Shown: positions 36,745 through 49,899 of the stretch, in pieces
Position numbering within the stretch: position 1 is the first letter of the stretch
How the letters are laid out: each line of letters opens with the position of its first letter
Assembly: GCA_013265495.1 (NCBI GenBank)
Contig: MU058781.1
Coordinates: 10,335,009 to 10,399,008, forward strand
Length of the DNA: 64,000 bases
From: Vicugna vicugna
Lineage: Eukaryota
Direction of reading: 5' to 3'
Notes under the pieces: generated by a model
What the model was told of the DNA's origin: nothing
Databases searched by the model: none
The model's input: only the letters and a program-made list of their open reading frames with translations
Translations under genes and position numbers: made by a program

Positions 36745-37090
36745 TATCTATCTGTAGATAATGGAGCTCAGGAGTAAGGTGACAATTCAAAGGGACAGAT
36801 ATGAGACAGACTGACATGGATACAGCAATGGAAAGATTATGGGACTGGCTGAGATAATTCAGGGTAAGAGAAGAAAGCCAAAGCACAGAGACAAAGCAAT
36901 ATGAACAGTAAAGGGTCTGGCAGAGGAGAAGACACTGGCAAAGTCACCTGAGAAAGATCAAAGAAGCCGCAGGCCAAGAGTCTCATGCAGGAGGGGATGA
37001 TGGTAGGACAACATCAGGCCTGAAAACATGTCCTTGAATGGTCTACATCAAGATCACTGGTGAAGCAGTGAAGCAGAAAACAGATCAGCA
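36745..37090 (-). mobile_element. L2 fragment
   Basis: GGAGCTCAGGAGTAAGG, GGCTGAGAT..CAGGG, CAGAGGAGAAG..GCAAAG..CTGAGAAAG. Confidence 0.55.
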
Positions 37091-39254
37091 TCATATCTTC
37101 ACGACCCCTGTCAGTCTCCCAACGTAACATACTTCAATTAAATTTAGAGCAGAGTCTTGTTGGATAAAATCATTATAGGGGGCTTCCAGTTAGGTCACTT
37201 ATGCATTAAAATTGCAAGGGAATTTAGATAAAAATATACTGTGTTAGAGAATACCATTAATTATTACATAATCATGAAAACTGAACAGAATTAGAAAAAA
37301 TAAAAATATTATATTCAGGGGTGAGTCAAAACATTTGGATACAGTCATGAAGACTTTGGAGGTGTATGTGCACAATACAATCCCACAGAACTGACAGGCT
37401 GATTTGCCAAAATGAAGGTAACACAAACAGGAACTAATAGGAATAAACACCCTAATTTATGTGTTCCAAGAAACCACAGCACACTACATATATATTTTTA
37501 TTAAAATTTTACAGAGAAGAAAGATAAGGTAATAAAAATAAACTCTTATGGGGAAGAAAATATTCAGCATCTCTTTGTAATTTGCAGGTGCTTCCTGGAT
37601 ATTTTTCCTATTCCCATCACTATCAAGTTTATAATTCCCAGTGGGCCACGCTACAATAAAAAGTGAATTAACTGTCAGAGACAATTGTTTTAAAAAAAAA
37701 CAGTATGCTAATAATAATATTGACTAATGACAATAACAATACAAAATTTAACCTGTATTTTTATTAAGAACTATTGAATATTTAGGTAGATTGAAAGGAG
37801 AATTAGGTTTGTATTTACCCTGCACCTTCAAGGTCTACCTTCCTTTAAATATCTACTGTCATATTGGTAAGTGACTAATGGGGAAATACTCAAGGAATAA
37901 TAAAAGGGCAGTGATGGCTAAGTGAAAAATACCTATCTGGAAGTTAGAAAAAGCATATTTAGTGTCTCTACTATATACTTATATCCATCTATCTGTCTGG
38001 TGTAAAAGTAAACCCAGAATTCTGTTTGCTGAATCTACCAGACATCAGTGAATGTTCGAGGTCTCTTTATACCTTCTCCAAGCTAGAGGGAAGATTTGGC
38101 AGCAGGCAAAGATGTCACGCTAAAAGAACACTCTCAGAAGGACATGGTTTTGCTGGCTTTTTCTTACCACTTGCTAGAAATCTCTGAGAGTCACAGAGGA
38201 TCTGTGACAAAAGCAGATAAAACTAGGATCCACCATGTTAGATATTTAGGTCTATCCTTACATGGCAGTTTACTTACTGGAGAGCCAAAGGGTATGACAA
38301 CAGAGGGAAAATAAGTGAGCTATTACAATAAAAAAAAAAAATTCCCTGCATCCAGTCATTTTCACTATAAGAGCTAAACTTAAGTTCAGGGCATGTCTGC
38401 AGTAAGATTTCATTTTATCATCTAATGAACATAAATGGGAATTGTTTAATGCAAGAATTTACAGGAAAGTTCCTGCAAATGGAGGAAGCAATCAATTCAA
38501 AAGAGCTATTAGACTAATATCTTCCAGTGACCATAATGAACTGAAATGCAAAACAAGACACCAATTGAAGCTCCTAGTTTATTTCAAATCACTGAACCAG
38601 AGACATATAATCTCAGTGAAGGGGAACCAGCATTATAGCATACATTCTTTAAAGTTTAAGAGATCATCCTAATGCAGAATTCATTTGATGTTTCCCTTCT
38701 GTTAAAAATCAAACACCCCCACACAAAAACAAACAACTGGAAAGCCTACTCTACTTCAGAGAAATCTCATCCTGCTAAGAGAAAAAATCTGAATGGGTTG
38801 CTTCAAAAGAATCCATGTGATTTAATCTGTGTCCAGTGATTTTTATAATGCACTGGGATCTTTATATTGTGTTTTGTCAAGATTAATAGTTTCTATTGGT
38901 AAAATTGTTTGAAGCCCTTGGATAAAATGCTGAGTAAAGCTCAATGTTTGATTATTTGTCTTTTCATTTGGCATTGTGGTTTCCAGAACGTAGCTCTACA
39001 GATTGTCTACCGTATGTTTTCAAGTATAGGACTTTTTTCCAAAGGTATTTGTTTCTTATGTTTCAATAACAGAATTACTTGTGTGCTGGATACTGTGCAA
39101 TTTTGTTGCGTAATTAAAATAAATGTTAAGGGCTGACATTTATCTATTTTAGAAAGAATAGTTTTGTAAATGGAGAAAGAGAATGTGTAAATTTTGTTCC
39201 TTAGGACTGGGAACTGTGCCTGCAACTATAAACATGACATACAATGAACTGCAG

Positions 39255-39545
39255 ATTGATAGACTGGGTTAATCATGAAATTGGATCAAAAAGGGAGGGT
39301 CTGACTACAAAAAGACAACATGAGGAAATTTTTTCAGGCTATGGAACTGTTCACTGTCACGATTGTGGTGGTGACTACCTGAATCTACATGAACCTTTAA
39401 ACTCAGAACTGTATACACAGAAGACACTATAAAATACATATTAAAGGTATAGAGATGGATGGATGGATGCATACATCTTCAAATTTCATGAACACTTAAA
39501 ATAGGTGCATTTATTTGTATGTAAATTATACCTAAATTAAGCTGA
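39255..39545 (+). mobile_element. L1ME 3' end fragments
   Basis: TGACTACAAAAAGACAACATGAGGAAATTTT..GATTGTGGTGGTGACTAC..CAGAACTGTATAC; TGTATGTAAATTATACCT. Confidence 0.7.
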
Positions 39546-39850
39546 CTGAACATATGATTTTGTCATTACCTGTCTATTAAAACCTACAAAACTACAACCA
39601 GGCTGCTGTCAAAAGGGAACAAGTAATATTTTTTTACACAATGTACACAATAAAATAGCTTGGAACAACAACAAATATACACCCTCTTGCTTCAAAATAT
39701 ATTAACAATCTTGAGTAACACAACTGAAATAACTGACTTGTGTTTAACTTTCTAATCTAAATGAAAATAGTAATCACATGTTTTCTTTTTTTTTCCAGAG
39801 GAAGCTCTTAAGCTTAGTATTTGGACCTCCCCCCCCCGTATCTCAGGTCC

Positions 39851-39965
39851 TATTTTTAGCAGGAGGAGGTAATTAGGCTTATTTGTTTATTTTATTTTTC
39901 GAGGAGGTACTGGGGATTGAACCCAGGACCTCATGCATGCTAAGCATGCTCTCCACTTGAAGACC
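39851..39965 (-). mobile_element. tRNA-derived camelid SINE (Vic-1-like), 5' head damaged
   Basis: Minus strand ...GAGCATGCTTAGCATGCATGAGGTCCTGGGTTCAATCCCCAGTACCTCC..AAATAAACAAATAAGCCTAATTACCTCC; B box GGTTCAATCC. Confidence 0.85.
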
Positions 39966-40559
39966 CTAGAATTATTATTGGAAAACAATCCCCATATTTA
40001 ACTGTAGTACAAGAGTTCTATTTATATTGACAGGGTCTTCACATATACCAAGACTGAACTCAAGCAGTGCATCCATTTGTATTATGAATATGTTACTACC
40101 TGCTAGTAAATGATACTTTTTGTGTTCTTGCCTGTTTTTTGTCTTTGATGATTCAGTCTTCCTCCATCACTTTTCTCCTTCAGAACTAGTGCAAAGCATC
40201 ATTTGTATGGGGCACTAGAAGGTCACTTGGCATCATTAACATTTTATATCATTTAAGTGCTTTTTCTCATTTGACAGTAACTTGGGCACCTTTATTTAAT
40301 GCATTAAATCCTTTCCATATTGAAACAAAAATTTAAATTTTTTCTTTGAAAATCTAAATTTTTTAAATGATGTAAGGAAATAAAATCAAAATAAAATAAT
40401 TTAAGAAACTGCACTCTCATCAATATGCAAAAGTAAAATTGTAGGCTCCTAAAATAATTCAAATGAACACAACTGAGACAGAAGATGACTGTTAAGCAAG
40501 ATAAGGTGTCAAAGGACAATTAGTCAGAATTTCCAAACGAGTGGGGCCAAGATGTACAT

Positions 40560-41720
40560 TTTGGGAAAATAGTTATCTGCATTAATTTCTAGTTGGAGAA
40601 TTATTTATTAATTGACGTCCACAGTTCTAGGACTGCATGGTCTGTATGGTCATTAAATTCTTGCAATTATTAAATAACTATGATTTTACTTTTGTCTATT
40701 TGTTGCTTTAATGATCTAAACTTAGTGTTTCATTTAATTTTCTTTTGTTTGATATTAGGCTAAATCTTTTTCATGTGTCTGTTGGACATTTGTACTTCTT
40801 TATCACTGAATTTATATAATATTTATTGAGCAAATAAAACAAACATTTCTGCCTTCTTAAAGCTTACATTTCAATAAATGTTTAATCAAATTACTTGATT
40901 TTCTATTGATACTTTTATTAATACATTAATATTTAGCCAAGTTAATTGTGTCATTTACTTTATTTGTAAACCTAATTAAATATATGTAGTTTTAACCCAA
41001 TCATCTTTTGCCAGGATGGTTTCTGAATTAGGTAGTGATGCTTACAAAGATGTTCCCTACATATATTTACTTTATGATTTTTTATATAGATATTTTAGTC
41101 AATTTTACCACAAGAAATATATTGATATGTTATGAAATTATTTCTAACGTTTTTATCTCTTCTAATATTGAACTAATTGTCAATGTCTTTTAATTGAATA
41201 GTTCTCCCTTTCCCTACTGACTTAAAATGACTATTATTACATTATTTTAATGTGTATCTGTATCGGAGATACCCCTTCACTTGTATTACTTCACGTATTT
41301 TTCACTCATTTCCAATTTTTAATTGCCATCTATTACTATATATTTCAATATCTGGTCATACCTCTTTATTCCTTTTTTGAAATTACCATTACTAACCCTG
41401 CCCATTTGTAATTTCCATTAAACTTGTAAAACACTTTGCAACTTCGTAAGAAAGACTGTCTTAGGATTTTATTCAGAATTATTTCAAAAACTATTTTAAG
41501 GATGACAATGAATGACAGTTATTAAAGTATTTAGCATTCCTATCTAAACATGATACAGCTCTTTTTTAAATTAAGACTTTCAATATATCAATAAATCCTA
41601 TAGTTTCTTCATATATTTTTCTATATAGTTTTGGTAAATTTCCCTGATGTTTTATTTTTTTGGTTGACAATACACATAGAGTTATTTCCCCATTATACTG
41701 ATTATTAACACTCTTTTTGT
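40560..41720 (-). mobile_element. Very old L1 fragments
   Basis: T-rich antisense L1 motifs: ATCTTTTTCATGTGTCTGTTGGACATTTGTACTTCTT, TAATTGAATAGTTCTCCCTTTCCCTACTGA, TTCAATATCTGGT. Confidence 0.6.
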
Positions 41721-44700
41721 GTGTTTAATTCACTTGAGTTTTCCCCTACAATGGACTGAACTAATTGGATTTTGTAATCCTGAAATACTTTCTCATGCTG
41801 ATGCATTGGTTTTTTTTCCTTCTTCAGTAACTCATGATATAATCACCAACTTCAGAAATTAGCCTGATTTACTGTCATCCAAAGATAGCATTTTTCAGTG
41901 TAGTTTCTGAGAAATGTTTTATTTTTTAATTTGAAAACTTAATATTCCAATGCCTTCACACTGATAAATTTGTGCTACTGTTCAACTTACAGATTTTCAG
42001 CCCAGATAGTGCAAGCTATTTATAAATGACAAAGCACTGCAACTAATTAGCCCATGTGATATATGTTATTACAAAAATCCGGATAAAGCTTTTAGGCAAA
42101 CAAACAAAAAGAAACTTTCCCTGGGCTTGACATCTCAAGTGCCTGAATAAGCTTAATTAAAGGTTGGGGTGGCGGCCAAACACACTTACAAGGCTTCATT
42201 TGGGTTTCCATATGTCTCCTCATTTTCCTCTCATATAGAAAGGCAGTTACTCAAAAATAAGGTGTTGAAAGTACAGCTGAAGCTGTGCAAATAATTTCAG
42301 ACATAATGGAAATCAAGAAAAGCTTGTCTTCCTTTTTTTTTCCCCTCCCTGTTTGTGATTGAGTTCTCATTCTGAATGATTCATTCTTTCTAAGTTTAAA
42401 AAAATTAAGATTACATTTTACTGTGAATTCCAACTAAAACAGACCTGGACCTATTTTCATATTGAGTCCCAGCCCAGTCAGTTAAGTTCTCAAGGATCTT
42501 TATAAATAGGTTATAGGTTTCCATGTTGACCGCTGTGGTGGTTGGTTGTCTGTTCAAGGATCTTTATAAATAGATTATTGAATAAATTAGTCTTACTGGA
42601 ATAATTATCTTACATTACACACAGGCTCCTGTTCACAGAATCTAGGGATCAAGTTAGAACAACAAGGGCAAATTGAAATGGGACCTAGGATGCAGACTTT
42701 GGTTTATCTCAGAATAACGCTAACCTATGTCTGTTCGATTTTTGCCCAAGAGCTATATGCTAAGTTGCTTCTTCCTTTGAATGTATCAAGTTAACCAGCT
42801 TTAACCTGAGCACAAATGGAAAATACGAACTTCTAAAGGAGTGTCTCAAATGCAATGAATCTTTGCTCTCTCATCCAGAATCCATACATTTTAAAAAGTT
42901 TATGTAAAATACTCCCCTCTCATAGCAATTTTGCCTGTGTAAGACCATCTCAAACGGAATCCTTTTCTGGTCGAATTTTCAATTCACAAAGGTTAGTCTG
43001 TCTTTTCCTTTCTGGATGATTAGATGTCCTGAATCATCATCTTGCATATAAATAATTATGTTTCCAAGGATATCAAAGAGTAAATATTATAAAAACACTA
43101 TTGATGTAACTGAAATCATTTATTAACAAAATCACTGGAAAGAACAAACATAATCTTCAGATTAAGAATCAGAAGATGTACAGCATGTTGCATTTGGTTG
43201 GAAGAACAACACTTAAATCTGGAACTTAATCTCAGCTGGAAAATTTACCTTAGAACTTGATCTAAAATAACTTTGCAAAGTTTATATTAGCAAAATTTTA
43301 GGATTTTTAATTCCTAATTCCAGTAATAATATATCCAATAGTATTACATTAGTACTTGATAATCTGTTTTATTATATAGTTTGCTTTGTAAGAATCACCT
43401 TCAAGATTAAACAGAACATTAAAAATAGAACATTAAAAGAAAAACAAAACACTATTCCCAGAGTTTGTACAGCACATGCTGGAAAATGATGTGATGTTTT
43501 CAAGCTCTGAATTGTCATGTATGATATTCTACGTACTGAAATGCTTTAATGTGACACTCAAAATGCGTATTTCTTAAACAGAGTAGCCTTCTAATCTTTT
43601 AGACTCTGGCCTATGGAAATGCAGGAATGTAGTTATGGAACTAAATGATAATTTCCTTCTCTTTGTGATGTAATACTTGGGAATGATAAAGAATTATTTT
43701 AATTTCCAAGTCTTTCCTTAATTTGTAAGCTCTTTTTTTCATTGTCCATCCTGTGTCTTCATGATTTATAAGAAAATCAATTTATTGTGTAATTTCTTAG
43801 TTATTAAGTTTATTTTTTATTTAAGGTGAAAGGTATTTAAAAGTCTTCCAAAAAACAGTAGGTATTAAAAATTATCTCAATATGAGCTTTGATTTTTAAA
43901 AATGACCTGTAATGATGTAAAATGTGCAACTTTGTATTTCCATGCACTACCGATAACCAAATCAATGCTTTTTCCTGGACTGTAACTAGGACATGTAATG
44001 AATCCACAATCTCATTTAATATCCAAAGCCAATTTTTCTCTCTGGTTCATGAATTTAATACAACACACAACTGTAACAAACTATAGACATATATTATCCA
44101 TTTTTATGAAAAACATGATGCTTAAAGGAGCAGGAGTTATATATTTTCTGTGACTTCTGTTAACAAGCATATGAGAAGTTGATCTCTTTGAATCAAAACT
44201 CACATTAAAGAAAAAACTTGTACACAACCTACAACCACTTCAAACAACAACAGAACTTACCAAAATGAGTACAAGCCAAGAATGAAATGACCTTATATAG
44301 TAAACTACACAGTAAGTGAAGACGCATTAAGCTACCTGAGTTGACAACCCAGCGATCCTTAGTGCTCTAAACTGTAGTGCAAAAGACAAGGAGATACTGA
44401 AGTGTCAGTAAAAATTCCATTTTGTAATACTTATGCTAAACAAGAAAAGGCATTTGTCTTTGGCATTGAATTATTTAAAAGTCAGGAAGCAAAGTAGCAA
44501 AAATAGTTGACTCTATAAAAAAAAGTGTAATGTAACTGACCACACTGGCTACAGGGAGAAAGGTCTGTAGCGGCTGGAGAGCTTTATGGAGCCTCTCCAC
44601 TCAGACACAGGACAGTCCTTATTCAACCAATAAGATGTGAGTGACGAGCGTTTCCTCATGTAGAAAAATTCTCATTGGTTGGTCAAACAGGGAAGAGGAA

Positions 44701-46012
44701 AGAAAAATCCTAGCACATTTAATCTCATTAACGTTTTCATACATTTTCCGTAGTGATGGTTTCAGACTTATTGTTAAGAAACTCTTATTAACTCTCTGCT
44801 CTGGACAATATCAATGATTACTCGGGAATCTCCAGTTTGACTCAGTCCCATGAGTAAGGGAGCTCTGGCTATAAGTTTTCTCCTAGTCAGTGCAAGGAAT
44901 AAAGAGTCATGCATTTCACTGCATTATTATAGTGGTAGAAATTACTAAACCTGTTTAAAATAATCTGCAACATAATGCGTAATTATCTGTATTGGAATAT
45001 ACAGTTGGGCATTTATAAGTTCTACAGCATATCTATAGCATAATCATTATATATGTATTTTTATATTTACATATACATAATTATGTTCCTTGAAAATGTT
45101 TTAAGTTTTGTAATTTTTAAAATTGTTTTCATTCAAGTACTTATCTGCTTTTTATGAAAGCACTCTTTCATTACTTGTTTTTCCCATAATTCTTGACCTA
45201 AAGCTATCAACCATTTATGCTAAAAGAAATTAAGCTGAAGTAGTCTCTAAGTCCTCCCTTTAATTTTCAGAAATCTCTGACATTTCTTGAGTCTCTAGAT
45301 AATTCTTTAACAGAAAACTTACATGCCCCAATAATGACTTATTCCTTTACTGAACAATGAAATCTGAACTAGAGACTCCTGGCTATCTTAGAGCATTGTT
45401 CTATATGTCCAAGTAGAATTTTAGAGTTCAATTCTGTTTTCACTGGAGACTGATGCTAGTAGTCAACAGTCCTTCGAATCTTAAACTCTACAGCGATTGT
45501 CAGCTCCCCAAAGCCAGAAGCTACAGAAACATTCAATGTTTGGTAAAAATCTATAAAATTATGAAAGAATACCAAGAGGATCAGCAGACAATATATGATC
45601 TGTATAACATAAAACTGCATAGCTTCTCCAAAAAGGAGATAGTGACATTTAAACAAGCTCGTGACAAGAAACATTTCTGATTATCTTTGTTCTAACACCA
45701 AGAGTCCAACTGCAAAGTCAAACTGAGTTTGAATCAATGTACCCATTTACAAGTAGAGATAATCAAATGGAAGATCTCACATTAGAGATGTGAAAATAAC
45801 CCTAATATTATTGTCTATGTTCATGGTACTATTTGATGTTATTTTAAAACTAAAGATTGCGAGCACCAATAAATCTAGTATTTCTGGTTCATATTATTCT
45901 CATGAATGCAGTAAAGAGGTGAAACTGGGCATGTGACAACTCTTTTTTAAGATCTAAAATCGGAAATAACTCTGACACATCAGCGACAATTTATCTCTTG
46001 GAAAATACAAAT

Positions 46013-46925
46013 GTATTCATTCTTTGATTCAGCAAAATTTATGAATATGTACTCAGTGCCAGTCAGTCTTCTATGTGGTAGAATACAGTGGGGAACAGGG
46101 TGAACAAGGCCCTTGCTCTTCGGGAGATAACGAGGAAAAACAATAATAAGCAAACAAGTAAGTTAAATAGATAGTTTCAGATTGTGAAAACAGCTATGAA
46201 GAACAAAAAATTGTACAAGTGGGTGATCAGAAGATTGTGCCTTTAAACTGAGTATTCAGGGGAGATCTCTCTCAACCTTGATTCTATGTTAACCACACTT
46301 GCAAACCAAGGAAAGATTTTAAGTGGATATACATAATATCATTTACCTTTTTTTTTTTTTCCTAAGGAGCACACTCATTGCCTTGGGGAGAATGGATTGT
46401 AGGGTTCACGGCAGGGCAAATATGACAATGCCAATGCAACAGAGCAAGACTGGTAGTAGTAGAGATAAAGAAAAGTGACAGGACTTGGGATATATTTTGA
46501 AGGTAGAGTTAAGAGAATATTGATACATTGGATAGCATGGATATTGAGGGAAAAGACAAAATTAAAACTTATTTCTAGATTCAGCAATCATTAGCAACTA
46601 GGTGGGTGATCGTACCATTTACTGAGGAAGGACCGAGGAAGAATATTCCGACTGAAGGTACGTTTTAGACATGCAGTCAGTAATATCCCAAAGGCAGCCG
46701 ATCTACAAACTAGAACTCATTAAAGACATCAGGGCAAGATACACCTTTCGGGGAGTTCTCTCTTTATAGATATTTAAAGTCATGGATTGGTTAAGCAGAA
46801 CATGTAGCCAGAAAAGAGCAGAGAGCACAGAACTCAGGAGCACTCCTACACTAAGAGCTCAGGCAGAAATGGAGAAGCAAGCCGAAGAGACTGACTTGAG
46901 GCAGCCAGTGAGGCTGGAGGAAGTT
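46013..46925 (-). mobile_element. L2 LINE (3' end and upstream pieces)
   Basis: ATTCATTCTTTGATTCAGCAAAATTTATGAAT...GTGCCAG; GGATATATTTTGAAGGTAGAG; CCATTTACTGAG; ATATTTAAAGTCATGG. Confidence 0.85.
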
Positions 46926-46944
46926 CCGTCTGCCTCGTGATCCC

Positions 46945-47180
46945 ATGTAATAAATCATTTCAATCGTCTTATCGGTATGCCTCATGGTTTGGAGAGTTGA
47001 CTGGGCTCAGCCAGGCAATCTTCGCTCAGCGTTTCTCTTGTCATCAGACAGTGGCTGGAGCTGCAGCCATCCTGAAGGTTTCATCTAACACATCTTGTAA
47101 CTGATGGTTCATATGGCCCAGCGGGGGCTTCAGTCAGAACACTTCCATGTGGCCTGGGCTTCTTCACAGAATGGACTTTT
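46945..47180 (-). mobile_element. MaLR LTR fragment (MLT1F/G/H-like)
   Basis: TTGACTGGGCTCAGCCAGGCA, GGCTGGAGCTGCAG, TCCATGTGGCCTGGGCTTCTTCACAGAATGG. Confidence 0.7.
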
Positions 47181-47519
47181 GATCACTTGAATGAAGTTCC
47201 AAATATGCATATATTTTTATAGCCAGACTGACATTACTAATATGACAGTACATAGAGAAGGTTCCTGGAGTAACTGTCAGAGTGATTAAATCTCACACTT
47301 AAACCCTTAGATGAAAACAGAATTTTATCAAAATAAATCAATAGATTCCAAAGGTCTTTTGGAAACTAAAATCCAGACAGAGAGAAAGTCAGGGTACTGT
47401 AGGTCTTTGAATTTCAACACTGGCCCTTCTTTAGCCCTTTCATCAATTAAATTTAAGGTCAACTTTTAAACTAATGATTTATTAACTTATTAACATGTTT
47501 TTATTTAACCCTACAATCC

Positions 47520-47670
47520 TCATTTGCGAGGCTTGGGATTCAGGAAACCTATATATTACTTAAAATTTTTCAGATAACCTGAAACCAATCAGCTTAATCA
47601 CTCTGGGTCTTGTTTCCTTCTCTGTAAAGAATAGCTTCTAAAGTTACTTTTATATCTAAAACTCTATTAT
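47520..47670 (+). mobile_element. MIR fragment
   Basis: CTTAATCACTCTGGGTCTTGTTTCCTTCTCTGTAAA. Confidence 0.5.
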
Positions 47671-49899
47671 TTTTCTAGCCAGTCTTCTCTTTCCCTTTAG
47701 CCAATTCTTCTATTATTATGGCAAAGTTTTCTGATTTCCAAATCTGAACTCAAATCAGATATGGCAATGTTAAAGTAGTTCTGGGATCCAGAAATACTGA
47801 CATAATTAAGGCTTGGCCTTTAAAATTTAGTGTGATAAACCGAAATTCATTTTTGGTCCTTATTCTTTCATTGCTCTGCCTTCTTTTATGTGGAAATCCT
47901 TTTCTTCTTCCCCTTTAGGCAATTGTAAATTGTTAACTCCACATTCCTCCCATAAAAATGAACTCTGAAAAGATTAGATATTATTAAAACTAATATCTAT
48001 CATCTGTCATCTATGTATCTATTCTCTGCCTTAATCTAGAAATGGTTCAACTACATAAATAAAGGAAATCTATATAAATCAGTGATTGTATATTCAGGGT
48101 CTATTTTTTAAATCATAACCCTAATATTAACCGAATTAAATGCCTATTTTTCTTGGATATTGGCTATCAATTGATGAAGTAAGGCTGTTTTGAGATATTC
48201 GGGGAGGGCCAGAAATTTCTGGAATAGTAGGAGGCTGCAAATTTTTCAACTTAAACAGGAAAAAAGTCCTGTTATCTTCCCTGCAGTCCTAATTTGTCTC
48301 ATATTAATTATGCCCCTGCAGCACCCCCTTAAAAGAGATCCTCTGTGCAGGTCTATGTGTATGTGTGGTGGCTGGCGTGGGTAGTTTTTTCTCCTCTGCA
48401 TAATTCTGTGCAAAGTTGCAGGTTTAAGTTTAATCCCCACTCTATAGGAGGTAAGAAGAGATAATGAATTAGTGTTTCCAACAAAGAAGATTATTCAGAG
48501 GGTTTTTGGAGCGGGCAGAGAAGTGGGGCAGTAGGCTAGTCTTTTATTAAACACATCACATCCAGGACCTTCCTGAAAAATCATTTCTCTAGTCTCTGTA
48601 AATTTAAGGAGAAAAATATCTAAAATCTGGAAGTCTGCAAATTATATTGTTTTCAGAGTAAGGAATAGATCACAGGAAGCTATGAATAAAACCCCTCTTT
48701 CTGCCACAAAAATGTCACATGGTTTATTTGCTTAAAAACACATAAGGGCGGGTTGTATGAGGAATTAGGGTAAAATGCAAGGCAAGAGAAAAACCATGCC
48801 AGGCAAATAGCTGCCAATGACCTAAAACAGATGCCAAGTTAATTTGGGGGCCAATTTGTCAAACATTCCCTTTGAACTGCAAATTTCAAAACTACAAAAA
48901 TTTCAGAGTGAAATATCATGCTGTCTCCAGGAAACATCACTCAGATAATCAAGGTTATAATTACAACAGAGGTGATGAAACATGTTCTATAATCTACACT
49001 TTGGCGGATGCTATCTAGTTAATTCATCTAACATTTTTTTTCCTGTTGCCCCACTATCTTTCGAAATTTTCTATAAATTTCTTGGACAAGTCAGTTATAT
49101 TATGTTGCCCACACTACTGTATAAAAGAACACTTGTGCCAAAAAACAAAGAAAATTTGTTATCAGGGGACTGGCAGCCTACAAATCACTGTGACTGGTGG
49201 AAACATTCTCGCTGTTGCTAAGAAATTGTGTCAAAAGCACGTACAATGAAATTCAAATATGCTAATGTTACTAATTCAGTTTGACATCCTAGAGCAGACT
49301 TATGCCTGGCCCTCAGAACCAGCGTTGGGGTATACAGAGCTATTTATCTGTTATTTTAGTCATTCACTGGCCTACGATATTTTATTGAAAAGCTACTGAT
49401 TAAGGTAGGGATGGAAAGAAGGGAGTCAGGGAGTGGGGGTGAGGCTCAAATTAAGATGAAACTATTAGTCATTCCTAAGACACTATCTTTAGTTGAAAAT
49501 GTGCTCAGGGTAGTTAAAAACTGCAATGTTTCCATGGCAGAGTTTGATAAACAATTTTGAATTAATCAAAAGACTGACTCCCTGCACAGACACTCTGTAC
49601 TCTGCAATCAATTCCACTTTAAAATAAGAAACAGAATGCTGATCTTTCAAATCTGGGATAATTCCTCCTAATTCTTCAAGCCTGGATTGTACATAGATGG
49701 TTCTGTGTGTCCTAATAGTGATGAGGACAAAATCGTGGACTTTGTAGCCATATGATACCTATATAGGTAGAAGGTAATTCATCAATAACAGAGACAATAT
49801 AAAATGTTTGCTGGAAGTAAACAGAAAGGCAGGGGAGAGAATAAAATGACTATTAAAAATTTGCAGCATTCAAGACATTTTATATGTGAAATGACTAAC

